From Acidimicrobiia bacterium (GTDB lineage: Bacteria; Actinomycetota; Acidimicrobiia; Spongiisociales; ZC4RG35): a DNA stretch of 64,000 nt. The translations under genes and the position numbers were made by a program. How positions within the stretch are numbered: the stretch's first letter is position 1; every line of letters starts with the position of its first letter. Of this stretch, positions 1 through 8,339 are shown piece by piece. The stretch is taken from positions 3,786 to 67,785 of the forward strand of contig DATBMA010000023.1 of assembly GCA_036555105.1 (NCBI GenBank), written 5' to 3'. The notes under the pieces are model-generated. The model saw only the letters and a program-made list of their open reading frames with translations, had not been told where the DNA came from and searched no databases.

Positions 1-242
1 CGGGACAGGGCGTAGTCTCTGTGAGAGATGTCGACGCCAGGGCCGACAGACCCGACACCGCCCCTGCTGCCAGCGGCCTCAGCTGGAATGCCCACCAGGA
101 CGAAGGTGCTCGTCGCGGTGGTGATAGCTATCGCGGTCTTACCCCTCGCACTCTTCTTCGTGTTCATGGTCTTCTGGGCTGCCATGGACGGCTAGCGCAT
201 TCCCATCGGCGGGGACGGCTCAATGGCGGGAGGAGGTTGGGA

Positions 243-584
243 ATGGAGACAGTCGGCATAGTCCTCAACATCGACCAGAGTCGAGTCGACGAATTCCTCC
301 AAGGGTTTCGGGAACACGAACTCCCGATCTGGCAGGACTATGTGAGTCGGGGAGTGATGCTCCATGCCTCACTCAGCAGGATGGACATCTCGACAGCCCC
401 GGTGTCGGGGGCCATTCAATTCCTGGTCAGCGTCACGTTTGCGGATGGCCAGGGACATCATCTGCATGACAGCGATCCGCGGTTCCAGGCGTGGAACCAG
501 ATAGCAGACGCCTTCCAGGTGGCATCGCCGATCGTGACCGGCGGAGAAGTGGTTCTTAGGGCAGGCGCGGTCTACTCCGAGTAG
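243..584 (+). CDS. hypothetical small protein (113 aa), possibly dimeric alpha/beta-barrel-like
   Basis: Internal ATG at 243 of the 21..584 ORF, preceded by GGAGGT (231-236); the N-terminal 74 codons of the track ORF are Arg/Gly-rich junk, so the shorter ORF is preferred; no recognisable motif. Confidence 0.45.
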   Translation: METVGIVLNIDQSRVDEFLQGFREHELPIWQDYVSRGVMLHASLSRMDISTAPVSGAIQFLVSVTFADGQGHHLHDSDPRFQAWNQIADAFQVASPIVTGGEVVLRAGAVYSE

Positions 585-709
585 GGGCCTGTACCCGTGA
601 AAACACGGTAGGGCTATGTTTGGAGCGGACCCCTGACCCATCGTGTGGCTGGGGGTTAGGCCAAGGGCGGCGTTCGGCATCGCCCTACACGCGACGCGAT
701 GGAGGAGCC

Positions 710-1045
710 ATGGGGGTCGAAGAAATGATCGGACAAGCCAGGGACGCCGTCACCGTGCGCCGGGTGTTCGGGGATCCGTACGAGAAGAACGGGCTCACGT
801 TCGTGCCCGCCGCTCGGGTGATGGGCGGCGGAGGAGGTGGTGAGGGCGAGTCTCCTGGCGGCGAAGGCAAAGCCTTCGGATCTGGCTTCGGGGTGAATGC
901 CAAGCCTGCAGGGGCCTATGTCATCCGCGATGGCGAAGTCACATGGAAGCCGGCAGTCGATGTGAATCGCGCCATCCTCGGAGCTCAGGTCGTGGCGGTG
1001 GTGTTCATCCTGGCCGTGCTGCGCGCGATTCGTAAGTCGAAATAG
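710..1045 (+). CDS. GerW/YtfJ-family (sporulation-protein-like) protein with poly-Gly linker
   Basis: MGVEEMIGQARDAVTVRRVFGDPYEKNGLTFVPAARVMGGGGGGEGE...GFGVNAKPAGAYVIRDGEVTWKPAVD matches the YtfJ/GerW fold family; ATG 710 preceded by GGAGGAG (701-707). Confidence 0.55.
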   Translation: MGVEEMIGQARDAVTVRRVFGDPYEKNGLTFVPAARVMGGGGGGEGESPGGEGKAFGSGFGVNAKPAGAYVIRDGEVTWKPAVDVNRAILGAQVVAVVFILAVLRAIRKSK

Positions 1046-1055
1046 CCTTGACGCG

Positions 1056-2009
1056 GTGACCACGGGGGCCGTCGGGCATCGCCAGCAGTGGCTTGGGCTG
1101 GCGGGGCTCCTCAGCGCATCGACCGTTGTCGTCACCCTCGTCCTCACGGCCTCCGCCGATTCGTTGCCTGATCCCATTGCGACGCACTGGGGAATCGATG
1201 GGCATCCCGACGGGTACATGTCGCTAGTCGGTCTGTTGCTCTTCACCGCCGGGTTGATCCTGGGGGTTGGAGGGCTGACGGGGTTCCTGATGGCCCGGCG
1301 GACACCGTCGCCCGACGGAGCCGTCGTTCGCACGCCCGCGGGCGAGTCGTTCGGTCTGGCCGGGTTCATTGCCGCACTCGGTTTGGCGCTGACTCTTGTG
1401 ACGGTCGGTCTCAATTGGGGGCGAGCGAGCTGGCAGGAGGCGGGTGCGCTCGAGTGGTGGATGCTGATCGGCACCCTGATCATCGCGGTGGCCGGAGGAG
1501 TGTTGGGCTACCGGATCGGCCGTCGGTGGGCGCCGCCGCTTCCGATCCGAGCCGACGGGAACATGTCCGTCCCCATGAGCAGCGCCTCGAGCTGGAGAGG
1601 GACGGCGCAGTCGCCCGGCCAACTGTTCGGTGCGGCGATCGGCGTTGCCGTCCTGTTGCTGGTGCCTGGCTTCCTACGTTGGATCGGGCTCCTCCTGGTG
1701 ATCCTCGGCGTTTTGATGTCGAGGTTGACGGTCATGGTCGACCGAAGCGGCCTTCGGGTTCGGATGGGCGGGTTCCTGCCGGTGAGGAGGTATCAGCTGG
1801 TAACAATCGGCGAAGCCCGGGCGGAGTACGTTGATCCAGCCCGCTGGGGAGGCTGGGGCTATCGCATGATCCCGGACGGGTCGGCCGTGGTCATCCGGGC
1901 CGGGGAGGGGATCGTCCTCGAGCTCAGGAACGGACGCCGGTTCGCGGTGACAGTGGATGACGCCGCAGAAGGCGCCGGCGTGGTCAACGGTCTCCAGGCT
2001 CGCAACTGA
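1056..2009 (+). CDS. DUF1648-domain integral membrane protein
   Basis: N-terminal TM helix followed by the PIATHWGIDGHPDGYMS motif typical of DUF1648, plus several further TM segments; GTG start 10 nt after the upstream stop. Confidence 0.5.
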   Translation: MTTGAVGHRQQWLGLAGLLSASTVVVTLVLTASADSLPDPIATHWGIDGHPDGYMSLVGLLLFTAGLILGVGGLTGFLMARRTPSPDGAVVRTPAGESFGLAGFIAALGLALTLVTVGLNWGRASWQEAGALEWWMLIGTLIIAVAGGVLGYRIGRRWAPPLPIRADGNMSVPMSSASSWRGTAQSPGQLFGAAIGVAVLLLVPGFLRWIGLLLVILGVLMSRLTVMVDRSGLRVRMGGFLPVRRYQLVTIGEARAEYVDPARWGGWGYRMIPDGSAVVIRAGEGIVLELRNGRRFAVTVDDAAEGAGVVNGLQARN

Positions 2010-2066
2010 AGGCGCGTCCCACCCAGCCCGACTCGTATCATCGACAAGCCGGATGTCGCCACTCTG

Positions 2067-2567
2067 ATGTCGGTGAGAGCTCTCCGTTGTCATAAGCGCG
2101 CCATCACCTCCGGGATACTGGGCCTGGCTCTGGCGGCGGCCTCATGCGGATCGTCTTCCACCGACGTACGCGACGGCCGTTATGTCGTTTATGTCCATGG
2201 TGGAGGGGTGGCCCCTTCAGACCTGGCGGCTCAGCTGACAGGGAGCGAGCTGACTCTGGCGGCGGGTGGGGAGTCGGCGGTGTATCAACTGGCGGAGTCG
2301 GAAGCCAGGTTCCAGGTCTGTGCGTCCAACGAGGACGAGCAGGCGGTGCTGCTCCTGGATCCCCCTTCAGTCCTGTTGCCTGGCATGGGTATGGAGCGAG
2401 CCGGCCTGCACGGGCCTTGCGTCGATGGTGATCCCTACCTGATCCATCTGGTGGATCTAGCCGTCACCGACGTCAGCTCCCCGCTGCAATTTCCCAATTC
2501 AGTGGCGTTGTGCGAGGAGGCGAGCACCGGGTGCCCGCTACAACCGGTGGAGACGACCGGCGGCTGA
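2067..2567 (+). CDS. putative lipoprotein
   Basis: Signal peptide ending in lipobox LAAASC-GSSS; no other similarity recognised. Confidence 0.5.
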   Translation: MSVRALRCHKRAITSGILGLALAAASCGSSSTDVRDGRYVVYVHGGGVAPSDLAAQLTGSELTLAAGGESAVYQLAESEARFQVCASNEDEQAVLLLDPPSVLLPGMGMERAGLHGPCVDGDPYLIHLVDLAVTDVSSPLQFPNSVALCEEASTGCPLQPVETTGG

Positions 2568-2614
2568 CGTCGATGTTTGACTGATCGGATGCCAGAGCGG
2601 CAGCAGGTCGGATA

Positions 2615-4291
2615 GTGACCGGCCGGAGACCCGGCGCCGTGGCTCGCTGGTGGGCACGCACCAAGCCGCAACCCGGCACCTTCCGAAGCGAGCTCCTCGC
2701 CGGGCTCCCCGGCGCTCTCGGCAGTGTCCCCGACGGGATGGCGTCGGGTGTCCTGGCCGGCGTGAGCCCAATACATGGCCTCTACGCCAGCATGGCCGGG
2801 CCGATCGGGGGCGGGCTGGCGTCGAGCACGCAGCTGATGGTGATCGCCACCACGAGCGCTGCAGCGCTCGCCTCCGGATCTGCGATCGCCAGGCTCGATC
2901 CCCAAGGGCGCGAATCGGCGATCGTCCTCTTGACCTGGATGGCGGGAGCGTTGATGGTGGTTGCCGGCCTACTCCGGCTGGGAAGGCTCACCCGCTTTGT
3001 TTCCTATTCGGTGATGCTGGGGTTCCTGACCGGCGTCGGGTTCAACATCATCTTCGGCCAGCTCCCCGACCTGGCCGGCGTCGCCGCCCAAGGCAGTACC
3101 TCGGTGGCCAAGGCGATCTTCGTGCTTACGCATCTGGGCGAGGTCCACCTGGCTTCGTTCCTGACCGGACTTGCCACTCTGGCAATCCTGTTCGGGGTCC
3201 ACCGCACCCGGTTTCGCTCCTATGGCGCGCTCTTGGCATTGATTGTCCCGACGGTCATCGCTGCCCTGACCAATGCCGAAGTCGCGATCGTGTCCGATCA
3301 GGGTGAGATCCCGGCTGGACTCCCATTGCCGGCTCTTCCCGACCTCTCGGCCTTCAGCCTCGATCTCCTGGCCGGCGCCGTGGCGGTGGCCGCCATCGTC
3401 CTTGTGCAAGGGGCGGGTGTGGCCGAGGCGGCTCCGAATCTCGACGGCTCACGTTCCAGATCCAACCAGGACTTCATGGCCCAGGGAGTCGGGAATCTCG
3501 CCTCGGCCGCCTTCAAGGGCCAGCCGGTGGGGGGCTCGGTAGGGCAGACCGCCCTCAATCGGGCAGCAGGAGCGACTACCAGGTGGGCGTCGATCCTCTC
3601 CGGCGTTTGGATGTTGTTGATCCTCGTGTTCTTCGCCGGGCTGGCGGGGACGATCGCCATGCCCACGCTGGCTGCAATCCTCATCTACGCCGCGATCGGA
3701 TCGTTCAAGCCCGGGGAGATCGCGACCATCTGGCAGACCGGCCCCAGCTCGCAGATCGCGATCGTGACGACCTTCATCAGTACGCTTTTCGCACCCATTG
3801 CGCTGGCGGTGCTGATCGGTGCCGCCCTGTCGATGCTGCTGCAGGTCAACCGGGACGCGCTCGATCTCACCCTCCGACGAATCGTGCCGGAGGATGGACG
3901 GTTTCGAGAAGAGGTACCGCCGAAGCGGTTGGAGACCAGGACCGTGACGATGCTCGACATCTACGGGAGCCTCTTCTTCGCCGGGGCGAGGACCCTCGAG
4001 GTCAACCTCCCCGACCCGATCGGCAGCGAGAGGCCCGCGGTCGTCGTCCGGCTCAGAGGCCGCACGGCTTTGGGAGCTACGGCTCTGCGGGTGCTGTCGG
4101 TGTATGCCGAGCATCTCGATCGGGTCGGAGGACGGCTTTACCTGTCTGGTGTGGATCCTGAGCTGGTGACCCAGTTCGAGCGCACTGGCATCGCCGACAC
4201 CGACGCCATGGTCCTTTTCGCGGCGGGGGAGTACCTCGGCGAGTCGAGCATGGCCGCCTACGAAGCGGCTGAGCGATTCGTCGCGGGCTGA
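2615..4291 (+). CDS. SulP-family inorganic anion (sulfate) transporter with C-terminal STAS domain
   Basis: 558 aa, ~11 TM segments, conserved SulP N-terminal motif LAGLPGALGSVPDGMASGVLAGVSPIHGLYAS and a C-terminal STAS-like tail; GTG start. Confidence 0.85.
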   Translation: MTGRRPGAVARWWARTKPQPGTFRSELLAGLPGALGSVPDGMASGVLAGVSPIHGLYASMAGPIGGGLASSTQLMVIATTSAAALASGSAIARLDPQGRESAIVLLTWMAGALMVVAGLLRLGRLTRFVSYSVMLGFLTGVGFNIIFGQLPDLAGVAAQGSTSVAKAIFVLTHLGEVHLASFLTGLATLAILFGVHRTRFRSYGALLALIVPTVIAALTNAEVAIVSDQGEIPAGLPLPALPDLSAFSLDLLAGAVAVAAIVLVQGAGVAEAAPNLDGSRSRSNQDFMAQGVGNLASAAFKGQPVGGSVGQTALNRAAGATTRWASILSGVWMLLILVFFAGLAGTIAMPTLAAILIYAAIGSFKPGEIATIWQTGPSSQIAIVTTFISTLFAPIALAVLIGAALSMLLQVNRDALDLTLRRIVPEDGRFREEVPPKRLETRTVTMLDIYGSLFFAGARTLEVNLPDPIGSERPAVVVRLRGRTALGATALRVLSVYAEHLDRVGGRLYLSGVDPELVTQFERTGIADTDAMVLFAAGEYLGESSMAAYEAAERFVAG

Positions 4292-4321
4292 GGCGACGTC
4301 CCAGGTGGCACACTGCAGCCG

Positions 4322-5239
4322 ATGAGGGGCCGGATCGTCCTTTCCTGGATCATGGTTGTGCTTGTCGGGATGACCGTGCCGCTGTCGTTGGCAGCGCTCT
4401 GGGTGCGATCGGAGCTGCTCAACACCGAGCGTTACGTGGCCACCGTGGCCCCGCTGGTCGACGACCCCGCCATCGTCGAGGGTGTGTCCACCAGAGCAGC
4501 GGGCGCCCTCACCGAGGCTCTCGGGGTAGGGACCAGGATCGAAGACGCCCTGCCCGAAGTGGGTGCAGTCGTGGGACCGGCCCTGGCCGACGCCTTCAAC
4601 GGCTGGATGGAGGGGGTGGTCGCCCAGGTGCTGGAGAGCGACCTGTTCGCTCGGGTGTGGATGGGCGCCAACCGAGCCGCCCACCAGGCGTTCGTGCGGG
4701 TGGTCACCGGGCCCCACGAGGGCGGGGCCGCCACGATCAACGAACAGGGAACCCTCGTGCTGGATCTCAACCCGGTGTTTGCCATGGTGAAAGACCGATT
4801 GGCCCAATCCGGGTTCACCGGTCTGGACCGGCTATCGCTCGACAACCTGAGTCTCCAGTACGAGCTGTTCACGCTCGAGGCAATCCCCGGCGCCAGGAAG
4901 GCGGTCGAGACCCTGCAGACCCTGGCCTGGGTGCTTCCCGTCGTCGCGATCCTCGCTGCGGTGGCGGCGACCATGACCGCCGGCAAGCCCCGTATCTGGA
5001 TCCGGCGGGTGTTCGCAGCAGTGGCCATCGGGTCGCTGGTCCTGTGGCTGGTGCTGGCCTGGGTCGGGTCCTCTTACCTGGCCGACACGCCGGCGGCGGC
5101 GGCCGCCTTCGAGACGATCGCTTCCCTGCTGTTGACTGCAGCGAAGGTCGCCACCGCAATCGGGGTGGTCGGTTGGCTGGTGGCGCTCGTGTTCCTGCGG
5201 CCCCGCGCAGCCGAAGTCAGCGGGGTGTCCCCACCCTGA
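4322..5239 (+). CDS. hypothetical integral membrane protein
   Basis: 305 aa with N- and C-terminal TM helices and strong third-position GC bias; 3' end overlaps the convergent patatin gene by 23 nt. Confidence 0.5.
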   Translation: MRGRIVLSWIMVVLVGMTVPLSLAALWVRSELLNTERYVATVAPLVDDPAIVEGVSTRAAGALTEALGVGTRIEDALPEVGAVVGPALADAFNGWMEGVVAQVLESDLFARVWMGANRAAHQAFVRVVTGPHEGGAATINEQGTLVLDLNPVFAMVKDRLAQSGFTGLDRLSLDNLSLQYELFTLEAIPGARKAVETLQTLAWVLPVVAILAAVAATMTAGKPRIWIRRVFAAVAIGSLVLWLVLAWVGSSYLADTPAAAAAFETIASLLLTAAKVATAIGVVGWLVALVFLRPRAAEVSGVSPP

Positions 5240-6176
5240 TGAGATGGCGCTCGATCGGGCGCCAGACCTCGGGGTGAGTCAGAACCCGCTTCATCCCCCT
5301 CAACGCCCGGATGAAGGTGGGGACGGCAGAGTCGGCATCCATTGGATTCGGCCTCATGGCCGCCAGCGTGGCCGCGGTAGGAGTGATCACCACCACGTCG
5401 CAGCTGGGCCAGGCGGAGCGGATCATCGCCACCTCCTCGTCGAGATATCTACGGCCCACCCGGTCGAACATGCGCTCGTGGAACCAGGCGCCACGCCTCT
5501 CCAACTCCGATGCCATGGGGGCGAATATGAGGACGAGGTCGAGAGGGGCGTCGCTGCCGAGCACGAGGTCGGCATTGGTCCCCGAGACGATCCCACCGTC
5601 GACGTATAGGCGGTCATCGATCCGAAACGGGCGGAACAGCACCGGTATCGCAGAGGAGGCGGCGACGGCGTCGGCCAACCCGACATCGGGGGCGTCGATC
5701 GTCCCGAATGGGACACGCCGCTTGGCTGCCACGTCATAAGCCACTACCACGGTCGGGCTGTGGGGCCAGCTCTCGGCCTCGGCACCCACCTGCTCCCTTA
5801 CCCAATCGGCGATGCCATTGGCGTCGAACCTTGCTGGGGAACCAAGCAGCAATGTGAGGCCCGGGTTGCGAATCCCGGCGAGCAGCCCATGACGCACCCA
5901 TGTGGTCGGGTGTACACCAGGCCGCGCCCGATACACCTTCTCTCTGATCCGCTCGGCCACCGCTTCCCGCTCGTCGGTCGGCAGGACGAGTGCATCGAGG
6001 TCGAGGCGCCCATGACGGGCGAGCGAGGCAACGAAGGAGCCGGATGAAGTTCCAACGATCACATCGGCCTCATGAGGAGTCCAGCCGGTCGCCAATTCGA
6101 GCGCCATCAATGAAGCGATCTCGAAGGCGGCACCGGTGATGCCCCCTCCACCGAGCACGAGCCCTACCGCACTCAT
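5217..6176 (-). CDS. patatin-like phospholipase
   Basis: GGGITGAAF oxyanion motif, GTSSG nucleophile elbow and a downstream DGG motif; start moved to the MSAVG Met (complement 6174-6176) because residues upstream of it are not conserved. Confidence 0.8.
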   Translation of the reverse strand: MSAVGLVLGGGGITGAAFEIASLMALELATGWTPHEADVIVGTSSGSFVASLARHGRLDLDALVLPTDEREAVAERIREKVYRARPGVHPTTWVRHGLLAGIRNPGLTLLLGSPARFDANGIADWVREQVGAEAESWPHSPTVVVAYDVAAKRRVPFGTIDAPDVGLADAVAASSAIPVLFRPFRIDDRLYVDGGIVSGTNADLVLGSDAPLDLVLIFAPMASELERRGAWFHERMFDRVGRRYLDEEVAMIRSAWPSCDVVVITPTAATLAAMRPNPMDADSAVPTFIRALRGMKRVLTHPEVWRPIERHLIRVGTPR

Positions 6177-6202
6177 ACCTCGAGCCAGCCTAGGTATCGG
6201 AG

Positions 6203-7117
6203 ATGCACAAGCTGCGACCATGTGCACTCGTTACCTTCTGTCCGGTGGAGCTGCGCCCGGCCACGAATGAGGATCGCGCCGCCCTGACCGCCCTGGCCCA
6301 TCGAGTCGCTTCGGCAGACGGCCTGCCGGCAGTGGGGGAGCACCTGATCCCCGATCTCGACGAAGCCGACCTGGGCGGCGGCATCTTGGCTTGGGAAGGT
6401 GCAGACCTGGTGGGTGCGGCAGTGCTGGTGGATTTGATCGACCCGGGTTGGTGGGGCCTCGAAGTGATGCTCGACCCCGACCACCGTGGTGAGAACCTGG
6501 TGGCGGCGCTGGTCGACCGGGTGCTGGAGGGGGATTCTCTAGAGAGTGGAAAGGGGGTCAGGGCATGGGCGCACCTGGATCTGGTCGCATCTGCCCTGAC
6601 CACCCGGGGATTCAGGCAGAGACGTGCAGTCCAACAGTTGGGTCGGTCCCTGCCGGCAAATCCACCTGAGGCGGTAGCCGATGTGTCGTGGGATCCCTAT
6701 CGGGAGGGCGATCTCAGTGATCTTCTGGGCCTGCACAACCGGGCTTTTGCCGGAGGGGGTGGAGCGGAGGGCTGGACCGAGGTCGAGCTGAGGCGTCGAA
6801 TGGGCCTCCGATGGTTCCGGGCTGAGGGCCTCATCATCTGCAAGCAGGAAGGGACGCCGATCGGTTATTGCTGGACCAAGCGGCACAGTTCGGCGGTCGG
6901 GGAGATCTATGTGATCGCGATCGATCCTGGTGCCGCCGGCCGGGGCTTGGGAAGGCAGCTGTTGCGACGAGGCCTCGAGCACCTGACGGGCGAGGGCTGC
7001 GAAAGAGCGATCGTCTACGTCGACGACCAAAACCGGCGAGCGATCACCCTATACGAGTCGGAAGGGTTCACCCTCAATCGGACCGAGCGTGTCTTCGAGA
7101 GGGCGACGAGCGCCTAG
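6203..7117 (+). CDS. mshD: mycothiol synthase (mycothiol acetyltransferase) with tandem GNAT domains
   Basis: Two GNAT domains aligning to mycobacterial MshD (HNRAFAGGGGAEGWTEVELRRR; CWTKRHSSAVGEIYVIAIDPGAAGRGLGRQLL); alternative GTG start at 6245 would leave a 69-nt divergent spacer from patatin. Confidence 0.75.
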   Translation: MHKLRPCALVTFCPVELRPATNEDRAALTALAHRVASADGLPAVGEHLIPDLDEADLGGGILAWEGADLVGAAVLVDLIDPGWWGLEVMLDPDHRGENLVAALVDRVLEGDSLESGKGVRAWAHLDLVASALTTRGFRQRRAVQQLGRSLPANPPEAVADVSWDPYREGDLSDLLGLHNRAFAGGGGAEGWTEVELRRRMGLRWFRAEGLIICKQEGTPIGYCWTKRHSSAVGEIYVIAIDPGAAGRGLGRQLLRRGLEHLTGEGCERAIVYVDDQNRRAITLYESEGFTLNRTERVFERATSA

Positions 7118-7311
7118 CCGAACCTCCGAAGGCAGCCGGGGCAGCGGGAGTCTTCCGCTCTGGTGGACGTGAAGCACCATGGGCATGGAAGATCGTCGTC
7201 GCCCGGGTCCACCGTCAACTGCAAGATCGGTCCGGGTGAGTCACGCCTGCGGCCGCGCGCCAACGCGACCAAACCACCGGTGGCGGTGACCGCCAGCAAC
7301 GCTTCGAGCAC
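7114..7311 (-). CDS. candidate 65-aa membrane-anchored zinc-ribbon mini-protein
   Basis: Minus-strand ORF with GTG start (complement 7309-7311) preceded by a GAGGAGGAGG SD run; hydrophobic N-terminus LEALLAVTATGGLVALA; C-terminal CPWC-x10-CPGC zinc ribbon; third-position GC ~80%; lies downstream on the same strand as the APH-like gene; stop overlaps the mshD stop in a CTAG palindrome. Confidence 0.3.
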   Translation of the reverse strand: MLEALLAVTATGGLVALARGRRRDSPGPILQLTVDPGDDDLPCPWCFTSTRAEDSRCPGCLRRFG

Positions 7312-7418
7312 GCCTCCTCCTCGTCCTCGCCTGCTGTCGAGCGTAAGGCTGGGCAGGCGCGGATTGGTGGATTTCGCGTTCTAGCCAGGATTCGCGTGAA
7401 CCCCGAGGGCGAAGGAGA

Positions 7419-8261
7419 TCAGGCGGCGCCGACTGCGTCGGCCAGCGCGGCTCCGAGGGGGGCGAGGTCGTGAAGCCTCCCGTCACGGTTCTCGGCCGCA
7501 TCGAGCATCAACATGGCGGCGTGGTAGGCGATCCAGGGCTGCAGCCTGTCGGTCGAACCGCTGTAGCCGTAGCCGCTGCGGAAGTCTTCCGCCGCCTCGT
7601 CTCCGAGCTTGCTCTGGAGGCGCCAAGAGGCCAGCGACAGGTCCCATTCGGGCGGGGCAAGCGTCGCCCACTCCCAGGCGATGAGGGTCACCTTCCCGTC
7701 CTCGTTGATGAGGAAGCGCTCAGGGGTTGGACGGGTGTGGGCGGGACGTGCCGGGCTCGGCTGCGGTGGCGGGGCCTCGGCCGCGGCATCGAGCACGCTC
7801 TGGTCGAGCCCCAGACGGCGCCGAAAACGCCCAAGCCGCTCGATGGTCGACAGGTAGTGGTTCTCCACTCCCGAGCCGATCCCCTCCTCGAGGTTGGTGA
7901 TCTTGGCCTCGGTGTCGTGGACCCCGCGCAGGACCTGGCCGGCCCGCTTGAGGATCTCGGCGTTGTAGGGAAGGCTGGCAAGGCTCCACGTCCCGGCATC
8001 GGTCATCAAGAGCCAAGAGGTGCCGTCGACGTTGCCGCGGTGGAGGATCGCAGGCACTCCGGAGGTGCCGGCCAAAGCTTCGAGAGCGTGGCGCTCACGC
8101 CGCTCGCGCGAGACCATCGGGTAGATCTTGAGGATGGTGCTGACGCCGGTCTCTTCGAGAAGGCGGTACACCGAATTGTCGGTTGTGCTGCCCTCGGTTC
8201 CGCTCAACCGGCGGTAGGTGGCGGTTCCCGAGATCGATCTGATGAGTGCTTCGATGTCCAT
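7419..8261 (-). CDS. phosphotransferase-enzyme-family (APH-like) kinase
   Basis: 280 aa with the APH/choline-kinase-like architecture: nucleotide-binding N-lobe (ILKIYP), Brenner-like segment (LINEDGKVTLIAWEWATL) and a C-terminal DLSL motif. Confidence 0.65.
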   Translation of the reverse strand: MDIEALIRSISGTATYRRLSGTEGSTTDNSVYRLLEETGVSTILKIYPMVSRERRERHALEALAGTSGVPAILHRGNVDGTSWLLMTDAGTWSLASLPYNAEILKRAGQVLRGVHDTEAKITNLEEGIGSGVENHYLSTIERLGRFRRRLGLDQSVLDAAAEAPPPQPSPARPAHTRPTPERFLINEDGKVTLIAWEWATLAPPEWDLSLASWRLQSKLGDEAAEDFRSGYGYSGSTDRLQPWIAYHAAMLMLDAAENRDGRLHDLAPLGAALADAVGAA

Positions 8262-8339
8262 GTTTGGCTCTCGGTATTGGGTGCGGGCAGGTGGCAGGCG
8301 CGGAGTACCCTGCCGGCTTCAGGCTAGCGAGTAGGACCC

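Noticed and set aside
656-1483. 275-aa minus-strand ORF overlapping the GerW-like and DUF1648 genes
   Set aside because: Pro/Arg-rich; the plus-strand genes have motif support
3449-4807. 452-aa minus-strand ORF antisense to the SulP transporter
   Set aside because: Same GC-driven artefact; no motifs, His/Arg/Gly-rich
7163-7384. 73-aa plus-strand ORF in the mshD/APH convergent spacer
   Set aside because: Mutually exclusive with the minus-strand zinc-ribbon ORF. It has lower third-position GC (~75%), no RBS, and a Ser/Pro/Arg-rich product, so the minus-strand ORF is preferred, although neither is proven.
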